Part shown: in pieces, positions 48,606 through 61,877 of the stretch
Position numbering within the stretch: position 1 is the first letter of the stretch
How the letters are laid out: every line of letters starts with the position of its first letter
Source: Hypanus sabinus
Lineage: Eukaryota
DNA length: 64,000 bases
Assembly: GCF_030144855.1 (NCBI RefSeq)
Contig: NC_082715.1
Coordinates: 102,362,001-102,426,000, forward strand
Direction of reading: 5' to 3'
Program-made: the position numbers and the translations under genes
Notes under the pieces: generated by a model
The model's database searches: none
What the model was told of the DNA's origin: nothing
What the model saw: the letters and a program-made list of their open reading frames with translations, nothing else

Positions 48606-49216
48606 CAGTCGGCCCTCCATATCTATGGGTTCTGCATCCGCAGATTCAACCAACCACGGATCAAAAATATTCGAAGAAAAATCCAGCAAGTTCCAAAAAG
48701 CAAAATTTGAATTTGCTGCACGCTGAGCACTACACTCAATCCACAGGAATGAAGTAATATGTAGGCATACCCTGCTGTAGCCTCTCACCATTTCACAGAT
48801 CCTCAATCTCCAGCACTCGTTTGAGCATTGTTTGCCTCGCGTCTTGTTCATTGGCTACTTGTGAGCGAGAGGAAAGAGTTTCAGTCTAGTAAGGGACTGG
48901 TGGTCAGCTATATAAAGCACTACAGCCTCAGGAACTTAAAGATCACAGGAGAATTGCCATCGGCTGGTGCCGAGGTAGCATCAGTGTTCCCAGGAGAGCT
49001 ACAATGGTTGGCGTCTGTATTGAATATGTACAGACTTTTTTCTTGTCATTACTCCCTAAATGATAACAGTGTAACAATACTTATATTATGTTGGGTATTA
49101 TAAGTAATCTAGAGATGATTTAAAGTATATGGGAGGATGTGTGTACACCATTTTATATAAGGGACTTCAGCATCCACGGGGGGGGGGGGGGGTTCCTGGA
49201 TACCGTGGGACAACTG
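48606..49216. mobile_element. Tigger/pogo MITE, MER2-like
   Basis: TIRs cagtcggccctccatatc / gataccgtgggacaactg-TA; internal sequence resembles MER2 as recalled. Confidence 0.75.
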
Positions 49217-49559
49217 TATGCAACTAGCCAGAATATCAAGTGACAAATTGGCATTAAGTAGGACAAGCATTTAACATTGCATTATGTAGGAACTGGTGAC
49301 AATGCATTTCCTGAAGTTTAAATGAGTACCAATTAAAACGGGTGGCTTCAACTTTGAGTAGCTTATTTCATTCTCTAATTACTCCTTACTCTCAAAGTGA
49401 TATTTCTCATTACTAACAGTTCTTGTGCAGGAATCATCCTACAGCCCATGTGTACCGTATATTCAATAGGCAATTAGCTTTAATCAACATTGTGTACTTA
49501 ATATTTCAGTAGTAATTTCATAATCATGGGCTCTAATAATATTGGTAGTAGATGCAGCT

Positions 49560-50190
49560 GCAGAATGGCCAGAAATGCCACCGATAGCTTTTACTACAGC
49601 CTTGCTCGTTGTTGTGTTGAGAACTTCTTCCCAGGGACTGGTGTTCTAGAATTTCTTGTGACAATGGACCACAGTTTCAGTCATCCATAAAGATCAGCTA
49701 TACCATACAGCTACAAATGGCTTGGTGGAAAGGTTTGTCCAGAGTTTAAAAGAATGCAATGTCAGCAGAACACTACACTGACACTGTATAAGAGGCTCGC
49801 CAATTCCTTGTGTTTTGCAATGCATCACACTTCACAACCAACTCACCACTGCTGTTTCTGGGTAATCCCTTGTGCTCACGCTTCGATATGCCCAGAAAGA
49901 GTATGCAGGACAAACAAGTGAGACAAGGGTTCTCAAACAAGGTTTGATTTTGTACTTCTCAATAAGCTGTCCATGAGGGACTACAGAGGGAATCAAAAGT
50001 GAATATTAAGAAAGGTTAAGAATAGAACTGGATCACTTTCCTACATTGTGGGTATTGTGTCCAATGTCATCTGGAGATAACACCAATCAGTTGAGAGTCA
50101 ATTGAGAAGAAAGGTCAACTGCAACCACTGTGGAGCAGGTTCCACCCACAAGTCTCACCTGCTAAGCAGAGTGATTCCACAAGAGTAAGG
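49560..50190 (+). mobile_element. Decayed Gypsy-like LTR retrotransposon integrase remnant
   Basis: gacaatggaccacagttt (DNGPQF) and taccatacagctacaaatggcttggtggaaaggtttgtccagagtttaaaa (YH.ATNGLVERFVQSLK). Confidence 0.7.
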
Positions 50191-50244
50191 AATTTTATTT
50201 ATATATCTGTGTGTGTGTATATATATGTACACACACAAACACAC

Positions 50245-51642
50245 CCAGAAGTTTTATTGTTTTAAAATATTGAATCAGTGGATTTTTTTTGTTTGAAGAA
50301 GACAGTGTCAAAGTGAAAATATCTCTACAAAGTGATGTAAATTAATCACAAATAGAAAATACAAAGTATGAGTATTCACCCCCTTTAATGACACACCAAA
50401 TCACTGGTGCAGCCAATTGGTTTTAGAAGTCAAGTAGTTAAGTGGAGATCACCCTGTGTGCAGTAAAGATGTTTCAATTCTAAAAATACACCTGTATTTG
50501 GAAGGTCCAGCTGCTGGTGACTCAGTATCCTAGCAAAGCTACACTGTGAAGATAAAACACTCCAAACAACTCAAAGAAAACTTATTGAAAAGCACAAGTC
50601 GAGATGGATACAAGAATATTTCCAAGTCACTGAATATCCCTTGGAGTACAGTTAAATCAACCATCAAGAAATGGAAAGAACCTGCCTAGAGCAGGCCATC
50701 CTCAAAATCTGAGTGACTAAGAAGGGGATTAGTGAAAGGGGCCACCAAGAGACCTACGACAACAATGGAGACTATGCATACAACTGTTGCCCCGGTGCTT
50801 CACCAGTTGCAACTTTATGTGAGAGTGGCAAAGAGAAAGCTACTGTTGAAAATAACACATGAAATTTTGGATAGAATTTGTCAGAGGCATGAGGGAGACT
50901 GAAGTCAGCTGGAAAAATTCTATGGTCCAATGAAACCAGAATAGAGCTTTTTGGTGATCAGACTAAACACTATGTTTGGTGTAAGTCAAACACCACACAT
51001 CATAAAAACACACCATCCCTACTGTGAAGCGTGGTGGTGGCTGCATCATGCTATGGTGATGCCGCATTGCAGCAGATCCTGGAAAGCTTGAGAAGGTAAA
51101 GTGTAAAATGAATGCAGCAAAATTCAGGGAAATTCTGGAGGAAAATCTGATGCAGTCAGCATGATTTGGAAGATGCAAGACAATGACCCCAATCGTAAAG
51201 CCAAAGCTACATAGGAAGCCGCCAAATCAGAATCTAGACCTCAATTCAATTGAGAATTTGTGGCTGGACGTGAAAAGGGCTGTTTATTCACAATCCCCAT
51301 ACAATCTGACAGCGGTTGAGTAGTTTTGTAAAGAAGAATGGGGAAAAATAGCAGTGTCCAGATGTGCAAAGCTGATAGAGACCTGTTCAAACAGACTCAA
51401 AGCTGTGATTCCTACCAAAGGTGCATCTACTAAATACTGACTTGAAGGGGGTGTGTAATTATCCAATCAGTGTTCAATAATTAATAAATTTTGACCAATT
51501 TCTAGAAACTTGTTTTCACTTTGACTTTATGAAAGTCTTTTCTGTTGATCAATGTCAAAAAAGCCAAATTAAATCCTCTGATTCAATGTTATAAAGCATG
51601 AAAACTTATGGGGAGGGGTGTTAATGAATGCTTTTTATAGGA
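50245..51642 (+). mobile_element. Tc1-family DNA transposon, near full length and inactivated
   Basis: Transposase remnants GYKNISKSLNIPWSTVKS.IKKWK, LWS.ET.IELFG, TVK.GGGCIMLW, QDNDP, DLN.IENLW; long inverted ends; multiple frameshifts. Confidence 0.88.
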
Positions 51643-52929
51643 TATATACACAGACACAGTATACAATGCTATGTTGAGATGCTTTCTATATTGAGTTGGG
51701 ATTTGTAGCTGAACCAAGAGGAGTTATGTATTTGATATTTCAGTAATATTTGAGTAATAGTGTAAATATATTTGATTAAGCATTCCATTATGGGATACAT
51801 ATGAAAACATTTGAATGAAATATGACATCACCCCACCACAGCAAACGTGTGTGCCTTACTGAAGTTAATCCCTGCTCCTTGTTTTTATTTAAATTACTTT
51901 TGGAGTGCATCTAGTGAATTTCAATCATGGCAGAATGGTTAGTGTCATTGACTTGTCTTCAATTCTGCTGCCGTCTAAGGAGTTTGTAATGTTCTGTCTA
52001 TGGCCATGTGGGTTTCCTCTGAGAGCTCTGTTTCTCTCCACCCCCCACTGCCCCAGTGTGGCGTGGTTAACTGGGTTCGCAGGTTAATTGGTCTCATAGG
52101 TGTAATTGGGTGATGAGGGCTCGCTGGGCCAGAAGGGCTTGTTAACATGCTTGTCTCTAAGTAAGATAAATGAATGCATTCCCACAAGAAACTATGAGGG
52201 CAGCTCGCTTTGTTTCTTCCAGCTATGACCCCAATAGATACCATCGCAGATGCACATCTGGGCAAGTATTTGCACACTAGTTCCCATATTAAAACACGAA
52301 GGATAAAACTAAAAGAACCCTTAGTTAAAACTAGATGGTATGTATACTCTGCCATCTCCCCCATCTGTGCCACTGACATCATGATGGTTGCTCTGTTCCA
52401 TTCCACATGACCCTCTGTTATGCCACACACAAACACTCCTGAATTAATGTGCACATATCCTTCTGGTGTCCAAATGATAACCACCTTTCACAACTGGTGC
52501 CCCTGTCTCACCAGACTCCAGTTCAGTCTGATAGCTGGTTCCTTCGACAAGCCCCACACATACTTATATCGACAAGTTCAGTTTTCCATGCGTTCTTTGA
52601 TACAGTGATTCTGCGATTGATGGCCTGAAGAGATCCGAGGATGGGTGCTACTCTTAAAAATACAGTACTCAGCTCATCAGACTGCTGAGGTTGCTGGCCA
52701 CATTGTTGTTCATGAATATAACTTGGATGAGCCGACACGTGACAGAACTGTACCATTTGGAAGCTGTCGTGGGAGACATTAAGGCCTTTATTCAACACTG
52801 GAATTGAGTGGACAATGCTTCTGGTAAGGGAGCTCTATTAATTGTTGCATTTCTAATCCGTATTGAAGAGTATTTTATTCACTTGCAGCCTGCTTTGTTT
52901 TTGGATTCTCTGCATTTTTTTTTGTAGGA

Positions 52930-55200
52930 ATAGCGAGCATGTTGGTAGGGTTAGTATTTTGCTCTGGCTGTCGGATATGGGAATCCTGGGAGTCTTCCAG
53001 TCTCCCAGATGGCCACATCTGCACCAGGTGCACTGAGGTGCAGCTCCTGAGAGACCGTATTAGAGCTTATTAGAGAGAGTGAACAGGAGATAGAGAGGAG
53101 CTACAGGGAGTTAGTCACCCTGAGGCTGCATTAGTTAGGTAAATGGGTGATGGTGGAGGAGGCAAGGGAAAGAGCTCAAATAGTAGAGAGTGCCCCTGTG
53201 GCCATTCCCCTCAGTAATCATTATCTCATTTTGGATGCGGTTAAGGGGGATTATCAGACAGAGGACAACAGCGGTGATTGGGTCTCTGGCACTGAGCCTG
53301 GTTCCCTGGTGCAGAAGGGAAAGAGGAAGCTGAGGAATGCAGTAGTCATAGAAGATTCCATAGTGAGGGGAGCAGACAGGAGGTGCTGACAGCTTGATAA
53401 AGATATCCACATGGTGTGTTGCTTCCCAGATGCCAGGGTATGGGGTGTCTCAGGTCAGGTGCAGAGTATTCTGAAGGGAAAGGGTGAACAGCCAGAAGTC
53501 TTGGTTCACGTCGGTACCAATGACACAGGTAGAAAAAGGGAGGAGGTCCTAAAGAGAGAATTCAGGGAGTTAGGCAGGAAGCCAAAAGGCAGGAAGTCTA
53601 GGCTAGCAATCTCAGGATTGCTGCCTGTGCCACGTGCTAGCATGAATTGCATGATTAGGCGTATTAATGTGTGTCTGAGAGACTGGTGTAGGGGGCAGGG
53701 ATTCAGATTCCTGGATCATTGGGGCCTCTTCTGGGGGAGGTATGACCTCTACAGAAAGGATGGGTTACACCTGAACCCAGAGGGGTCTAATATCCTAGCG
53801 TGCACATTCAATAGAGTTGTTAGGGAGGGTTTAAACTAATTTGGCAGGGGGATGGGAACTGGAGTGAGAGGGCAGAGGAAGGGTTAAAAAAAAACAAATA
53901 AAAGGTGGCGTGCAACAGAGAAGATAGAAAGGACAGGCAGGAGATGAGGCTTAAGCACAGCCAGTGGAATGAATTACAGGGCAATAGAGGTGTGGTGCAG
54001 TCAAAACAGAAAGCAACAAATACTGGACTGAAAGTATTATATTCAAATGCATGCAGCATAAGAAATAAAATGGATGATCTTGAAATTCAGCTACAGATTG
54101 GCAAATATGATGTTGTGGCCATCTCTGAAACTTGGCTAACGGATGTAAAGGATGGCTTCCGTTGGAAGCTGAACGCCCAAGGATATAAGGTGTATTGGAA
54201 AGATAGGTTAGTAGGCAGGGGGGTGGTGTGGCTCTATGTATAAGAAATAATATTAAATCATTAGAAAGGGATGACATAGGATCAGAAGGTGTAGCGTCTC
54301 TGTGGGTTGAGTTAAGAAATGGCAAGGATAAAAGGACCCTAATGGCAGTTGTATACAAGGTTCCAAACAGCAGCCGGGGTGTGAATTACAAATTACAGCA
54401 GGAGATAGAAAAGGCATGTCAGAAGGGCAATGTCATGATAATCGTTGAGGATTTTAACATGTAAGTGGTTTGGGAAAACCAGGTCAGTATTGGACCTCAA
54501 GAGAGAGAATTTGTAGAATGTCTAAAGGATGGCTTTTTAGAAGAGCTTGTTGTTGAGCCCACTAGAGGATTGGCTGTGCTGGATTGGGTGTTATGCAATG
54601 ATCTGGAGGTGATAAGAGAGGTTGAGGTTAAGGAACCCTTAGGGAACACTGATCACAATATGATCCAGTTCACATTGAGATTTGCAAGGGAAAAAATAAA
54701 ATCCAATGTGTCAGTAATTCAATGGAATAAAGGAAATTACAATGGCATGAGAGGGGAATTGGCCGAAGTTGACTGGAAAGGGACATTTGCAGGAAGGACA
54801 GCAGAGCAGCAAGGCTGGAGTTTCTGCAAAAAATAAGGGAAGTACAAGACAGATATATTCCAAACAAGAAATTTCCAAAGGGAAGGAGGACACTACCATG
54901 GCTGACAAGTGAAGTCAGAGCCAAAGTAAAAGCAAAAGCAAAGTAGAAGGAAGCCAGAGCTAGTGGGAAGATAGAGGATTGGGGAGCTTTTAAAAATTTG
55001 CAGAAGGAAACTAGAAAGGTCATTCAGATGGAAAGATGAATTCTGAGAGGAAGCTGGCGACTAATATCAAAGAAGATACTAAAAGCTTTTTTAAGTACAT
55101 AAAGGGTAAAAGAGAGTAGAGGGTAGATTTAGGACCAATACAAAATGATGCTGGAGATGTTGTAATAAGAGATGCAAAGATGGCAGAGGAACTGAATGCG
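52930..55200 (+). mobile_element. CR1 LINE 5' part: ORF1 (zinc finger plus SGNH esterase) and ORF2 endonuclease, disrupted
   Basis: VI.DSIVRG, VCCFP.AR, VHVGTND, DGLHLN; endonuclease motifs Y.NA.SIRNK, ISETWL, DFN, LDWVL, DH. Confidence 0.9.
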
Positions 55201-55669
55201 TACCTAGAGCTTATTAATAAATTATCTGGATCGCTGAGTTGATTCAAATCTCACTCTCATGGTAATGGTCCAAGTTGGTGCAGTAGTGAAGTTCTGCAAC
55301 ATTACAGGTACAGTCCTTTGGATGAGAAATAAAACAATGGTCATGGATATGCAAGTAAACATTAAAGACTGTGGTATTGTTCAATAGAACACAGAAGAGT
55401 TTCCTAGTAAAATGGAAGATATAAGATTCTACACCACTCATGAAGAGAGCTCCCTCTGGTCCTGGGCATTGTTATCCCCAAAATCAGAATTTCCTGTAAA
55501 AAAAAATCTGGCTGTTATTACAGTGTTGTTTGAGGGAGATTGTGGAAAATTTACTTTGAACTTTAATGTTCTCATTATTATGAATACTCACTGTTATGCT
55601 GTTGTGTACTCAAATATATTCACTGAGTGTAAGCTGGCTTATGATTTTTCCCATGATGGAAATGACTAA

Positions 55670-58200
55670 TATGAGGGAGCAAACTTTAAGGTGATTGGGA
55701 GTAAGTATAAAGTGATTGGAGGTACGATTTTACTCAGAGTGGTATGTATTTGGAGTGCACTGCGAGAGCAGTTACTTTAGGGGGATTTAAGAGACGCTTA
55801 GATCGGTATGTAGCCGATAGAAAACAGGAGGGCTATGTGGGAGCTGAAGGCTGAATTTATCTTAGCGAAGGTTAAAGTGTCGGCACAACATCCAGGGCTG
55901 GAAGACGTGTACTGTGCTGTAATGTTCTATGTTCTATGATGTCCTCATGGTGTGAAAAGTGCAACTTTTATTTCTTAAACTCTGATAAACTCTGATTATT
56001 TTCTTGACAAAGAATTAGAGATTGTTGGGGCTCTGGCTGAGATTTTTAAATTGTCATTGGGCACGAACAAGGAACTAAATGACTGCAGGACAGCAAATGT
56101 CCCCCTTTTCAAGAAAGACAGCAATGAAACATCTGTTCACAATAGACTTGTGAACCCAACATCAGAAGTAAAAAAAATACTGGAAAAAAATCTGAGGGAG
56201 AGAGGATTCATGATCACTTGGAGTGAGGCAGCCAACATGGGAGACCCTCTCTGACCAATTTGACAGAAGCTCTAAACCAGTGCACTCACTTTCAAGGACT
56301 CTTACCACTCATGTTCTCAGTATTATTTATTTGTTTGTTTATCTATCTATCTATTATTTTGTTTTTCTTTTTGGCTTTGGACAATTTGTCATCTTTTGCA
56401 CATTGGTTGTTTGTCCATCTTTGTAGTTTTTCTATTGTGTTTCTTTGAATCTACTATAAATGCCCACAAGAAAATGAATCTCAGGATAGTATATGGTGAC
56501 ATATATGTACTTTGATTAATAATTTTTGAACTCTTTGAAGAGGTAATGAAGAATATTGATGAGGAGTGGGTAATAGATGTGAATTACATGGCCTTTAGTG
56601 AAGCCATTGATGAGATCCCACGTGGTCAGCTGCTTCAAAATATTAAGGCCCATGTGATACAGGGTAAGTTGACAAACTGGATCCAAAATTGGCTTGGTGA
56701 TAGGAAACAAAGAGTTAGGGTAGAGGTTGTTTAACCAATTGTGTGCCACAAGGATCAGTGCAAGGAGCCTTGTTATTTATAACATATGAATGACTTGGCT
56801 GGAGAAGCAAGAAGCAAGATCAGTATGTCTATGGAAGACATGAAGATTGGTTGAGTTGTTGGTGGTGTGGAAGGAAGCCTTCCTTAGGCTGTGGAGAGAT
56901 ACCAGTATTGGGCTGAATGGGCTGAAAAATAGCAGATGGAATTAAATCCAGACATATTTAAGGTGATGTAATTTAGAAGCACTAATGAAGCTAGGAATTA
57001 CACCATGAATGATAGTACTTAAGGGAACATTGATGAACAGGAAGATCTCAGAATATGTCCATTGATCCTTGAAGGAGGCAATATAGGTAGACAAGGTGGT
57101 TAGGAAGACATTGGGATACAAGCCTCTATTAGTCAGGACACTGAACATTAGAGCAGGGAGATAATCCAACTTTATAAACCATGGTCAGACTTCAGCTGTG
57201 TGCAGTTCTGGTCACCAAGGTAGAGGAATGAGTATGAGGAGAGACTAGAGAAGCTAGGCCTGCAGTGGAAGGGGTTGAGAAGGCGTGTAAATTGAAGTAT
57301 ACACTCAGTGGCTACTTTATTACGTGTACCTTTATATCTGCTCATTAATACATATAGCTGATCACCCAGTCATGTGGGAGCCACTCAATGCATAAAGGCA
57401 TGTAGGCATGGTCAAGAAGTTCAGTTGTTGTTCAGACCAAACTTGGGAAGGGAAAGAAATGTGATCAAAGTGACTTTGATCATGAAATGATTGTTGGTGC
57501 CAGACTGGGTGGTTGATTATCCCAGAAACTGCTGGGATTTTCACATACAGCAGTTTCTAGAGTTTACAGAGAAAGACACAAAAAATGAAAAAAAATCCAG
57601 TGAGTGACCATTCTGTGGGTGAAAATGCCTTGTTAATGAGAGCAGCCCGTGGAGAATGGCCAGACTAGTTCAAGTTGGTAGGAAGGTGACAGTAGCTCAA
57701 ATAACCACGTGTCACAATGGTGATGTTCAGAGGAGCATCTCTGAATGCTCATCACATTGAAACTTGAAGTGGATGGTCTACGGCAGCAGAAAATCATGAA
57801 CATACACTCAGCATCCACTGTATTAGGTAGAGGTGGTACCTAGTAAAGTGGCCACTATATGTATAAGAGTATGGCAGCGAATTATAGCAAGAAGTGTAGG
57901 AAACATTACCCCATATCAGAGGTGGATAAGAATAGAGTATATAGAATTAGAGTTGGGGGGGGGGCAGAAACTTAAGAGAGGATATGAGTAAGATCTTCTT
58001 CACACAGGTATTTGAAATTCACTGCTTGGGAGTGACTTCTGTTAGGTCACTGACAGCATTTAATAGGAACACCTAAATTCTTTCAGCTTTGGGGACTATG
58101 GACCAAATACTGGGTGGCAGGGTTAATACAGAAGTGCACCTATTGGGTCAGCAGGAATGAGTTGGGCTGAATGGCCAGTTTCAATGCTGTATGATTTTAT
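55670..58200 (+). mobile_element. Mosaic of decayed CR1 RT/3' fragments with a Rex1 tail insert
   Basis: RTANV.PLFKK, WIQNWL.DRKQRV, VPQGSV remnants. Confidence 0.65.
57302..57861. mobile_element. Tc1-like non-autonomous element; related fragment at about 44850-44970
   Basis: TA-cactcagtggctactttatta ... tagtaaagtggccactatatg-TA. Confidence 0.75.
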
Positions 58201-58599
58201 AATTTTATCTGTGATTATGGGCAATTTACAAGTTAAATCATGCCAAGTACAATATAAACATGAAATATTCACCCACCTGTGCCTGTCAACGAGTCTGTTA
58301 GACTCCATCTGTCCAAGTGTTACCTTAACGTCTATGGCATGGAAAGTTCTGATTTGGAAATTCAGAAATAGTCTCAGCTGGTTGTGCGCCTGTAGGACCT
58401 GACTTCTTGACAGGAGTGCCAGAAGTCAGGGCTGACAGGCTGATAGGAAGCAACATGAGAACTAGTGGAGGAGCAGGATAAACACCAGGACAATCGTTAT
58501 CCTAAGAGAAAACGGCAAATGTATTTCCCAAATATGGCACATCAGCGATCTGACTTTTAATGTTAAGCCCCTTTAATGGTCTCCAGAAGACAGTAGGCT

Positions 58600-58900
58600 G
58601 AGTCAATTTGAAACAATCTGAAACAATTTGGGTAGAAATAAGAAATAGTAAAGGGAAAAAAGCAGTGGTGGGAGTAGTCTATAGGCCTCCAAACAGCTGT
58701 AGCTCAGTTGGTCGGAGCATAAATCAGGAAATAGTTGGGGCTTGTAATAAGGGAACAGCTATAATTATGGGGGATTTTAACTTTCATATTGACTGGACTA
58801 ATCAAGTCGGACATGGCAGCCTTGAAGAAGAGTTTATTGAGTGTATTTGGGATGGGTTCCTTGAACAATATGTTACTGAGCCGACAAGGGGGCATCTGCA
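58600..58900 (+). mobile_element. CR1 endonuclease fragment
   Basis: ETIWVEIRN.KG...VGVVYRPPN...IIMGDFNFHIDW...LEQYVTEPTR. Confidence 0.85.
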
Positions 58901-59659
58901 TTGGTCTTGAGTTCAGTTCTTGGCTTTTTCCTCCACAAAGGTCTTAACCCACTGCCTTTTGAGCAGATCAACATGACCCCCTGTGAACATGGGACATCCT
59001 GCTGTCTTCCTACATCCTTCAACAAAGTATGACTTGTGTATTCTGGCAAGGCCGAACACCACCAGCTGCTGCCAAAATAGATGGCTTCCTTCCAATGGTG
59101 TAGGCAAGCTTTATACAGTGCAGCTTAGCCTGCAGCGGTGCTGATCTCTCATGATACTCCTTCCTGCTAATGTGATATGGCAAATAAAGGAATTTCATGC
59201 ACCATCTGCAGCTTATTGAACTGGTGTGGGTGAAAAGTCACGATTCCTCTGTTTTTTCTTCAAGCACTATCCAATTTAACCCCTCAATTGCAATCAGGCA
59301 CTAGTGACATATATGCCCAGCTCTATTTTTTCATTTACTTCAGTCCTTAACTCATCCTAACTCTCATTTAGGACTTTGTCACTCTGCTGTACATTCCTCT
59401 CAAGTCCTCAAACCAAACCAGCCTAAATAAGCTTTAACTCATCCAAAAGCAGCACTCCAATTACATTGTCCATTGAATATGGAATTCCCACTTTAATTCA
59501 CCCCTCAAACCTTCATACTCCAGTTCATCCTCACCTTCCATTCTGTGCTGATTTCCTGTTGACAAACTACTGTTACATATCTAAATTAGACATTCCACCA
59601 CTGAGTTTCTTAATGAAACACACTTTCATGTGTCTCAAAAACTGCGATTGTCTGAATTA

Positions 59660-61766
59660 TTGAAATTAGTTTGCTTTATTCATTTTGAAACACATAAGTA
59701 TCAAGATTGTTTCTGTACATGTAAATTTAGATAATTCACACTAAATATATTACAAAAAAACCAGGACCATCTGAATTTCCACAAGAGTTGATTTTAATGT
59801 TCAGAAAGCACAATCAAAATAAATAAAAAAACATATACAGTATAGTGTTACCACTAAAACATTGCTGTGTGGGCAATACATATTATTCTTTAGCCCCATA
59901 GCTAGTATCTGTAGGAACAAAGTTAGACAAATCAGTGGTGTGTCAATGTAGTGTGCATCGTCTGAAATCCCCTTTACTAAATCACACACTGAGCTGAGGA
60001 GCTACAGCATATTGGCAGAGTACCCAGTCTTCATTATGTATAATTTGGTTTTTATTTAGTCAGGAGGGAGATGCTTATGTGATATAAAGGTCAGAATGCT
60101 GGTACTTTTATAAACTGTGCAGAAGTTCCATATAAATAGACACAAAATATCAGAAGCCTAAATATCACAGGAGTGTCTCATTGCTACAGAGAAAAGTCAG
60201 GTTGTATTCAGAAATTGATAATGCAATACTAGGGAGGCTCAACGACGATGCAACTGAGTTATAATAAAAGCAGTTTTATATATTTAGAAAACTTTATTGC
60301 TATGTTTTAGTATTTTAATGCAATCCTACTATCCTTTCTTAACATGCTTTATCCCATCTGCCAAAATGCCGTAAAGTACGTAATGCACAACTACATTTAT
60401 TTCATATAAGAGAAATTTAGTTTAAAGGCTTTATTTATGGGTATGTCTTATGAACCAGGTCTTTAAAACACACTGGTAATTGCAAATACTGGTTTAGAAA
60501 GCAAATCTCAACAAGGGATGTTGGATAGCTTACTATTTGTAGAATGAATCTGTTGATGAAAATACAATAAGCCTTTAAACTTGTTCAAAACCTTTGTCAA
60601 TGTATTCATTCCCTTTTTGTTCTGAAACATCACATGGAGGGAGGGAGGCTGGATTAGGATGAAGTTTATATGTAGTCAGTAAGGACGGGGAGTATACTTT
60701 TTTAGATTTAAAGAAAATATAAACTTGCATGAAATCAAATAAGTGCCCAAACCAAAATTCTTTAAGAAATTTCCCAGAAATGGTAAAACTAGTATAATGT
60801 CAAAAAGTGTCAAGCCGTTTCTTAATGACTAAAATAGATTACCTCACAGTTTAAATTAAAAAGTTTCTCCTGGATATTATTAAGGATTGTAATTTACAAT
60901 TAAACACTAAAATCCAAGTAAAACACAAAAACTCTCCAATTCTTTAATTTCCTGTTAGACCAACAGCCTGGAACATTGCTTCTCTGCTTATACAACGCAG
61001 AAATCTTTTACTTCTGATTCTTTTAATAATTTGGTCATTTCAAAAAAATAATCATCACAAAGAATTTATCTACACATTTGTGGAACAAAAGTTACATTGT
61101 AACACACCAACACTGTCTTCTTTTAAGGCACAACACATCATTTATGTATATTCTTCTTGTCAAGCTTTACAAAAAGTGACTATCCTCATGAAAGCAATTA
61201 TGTTTTTGAATCCAGCTGCTAACTTAGTGTAAGCTCTCACAGTAACTAAGTTACACATACTGCAGGTCTAGATGTGATTGTCAATGTAGCCCAGTGCACT
61301 TCTAATGCAGGTTCAGCCTGGATAAGCAGACTAAAGTTTGCTAGAAACACTGCATTATTGAGACAATCCAATGGCAAGGAATGCCGTTGAACAACTTCAT
61401 GCCGGATGCACTGGAAGCAGCTTCATGTTTCTTAAAAGAACTAGTTCATTGTATGAGCTGTTCAAGCATCCTGGGCATTGTATAATCACTTGAAGAGTTG
61501 TAAAATACACACAACTTGTACTTTATCTATAATGAACAATATTTTCCTAAGACCAACATAGTTCCTTATGCAGAGGTTCAATGTACCAGTCACTGTTCAG
61601 CAGTTTGAATTCTCAATAGCCTCACATGACAAAATCAATTCTCTTCATTTCTTAAGACAAACGTGGAAGCCAGAGGTGCTGTAGATCACTGAGGGAAACT
61701 TCACATATTCCTAAGGGTTGCTAATAGTTGTTGACTTTGTATCTCTGGCTGTGCTGCACAAGGCAG
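59660..61766 (-). other. Probable EYA4 3' UTR (candidate AATAAA at 59675-59680, 60293-60298, 60429-60434)
   Basis: AU-rich stretch of about 2.1 kb free of recognisable transposons directly after the EYA4 stop; the exact end is not determinable. Confidence 0.55.

Positions 61767-61877
<111 letters not shown>

Noticed and set aside
51975-52484. 169-aa minus-strand ORF
   Set aside because: Partly reads through a SINE; no recognisable protein features.
53411-53839. SGNH esterase-like ORF as a host gene
   Set aside because: It is ORF1 of a CR1 LINE, directly followed by the ORF2 endonuclease and interrupted by stops.
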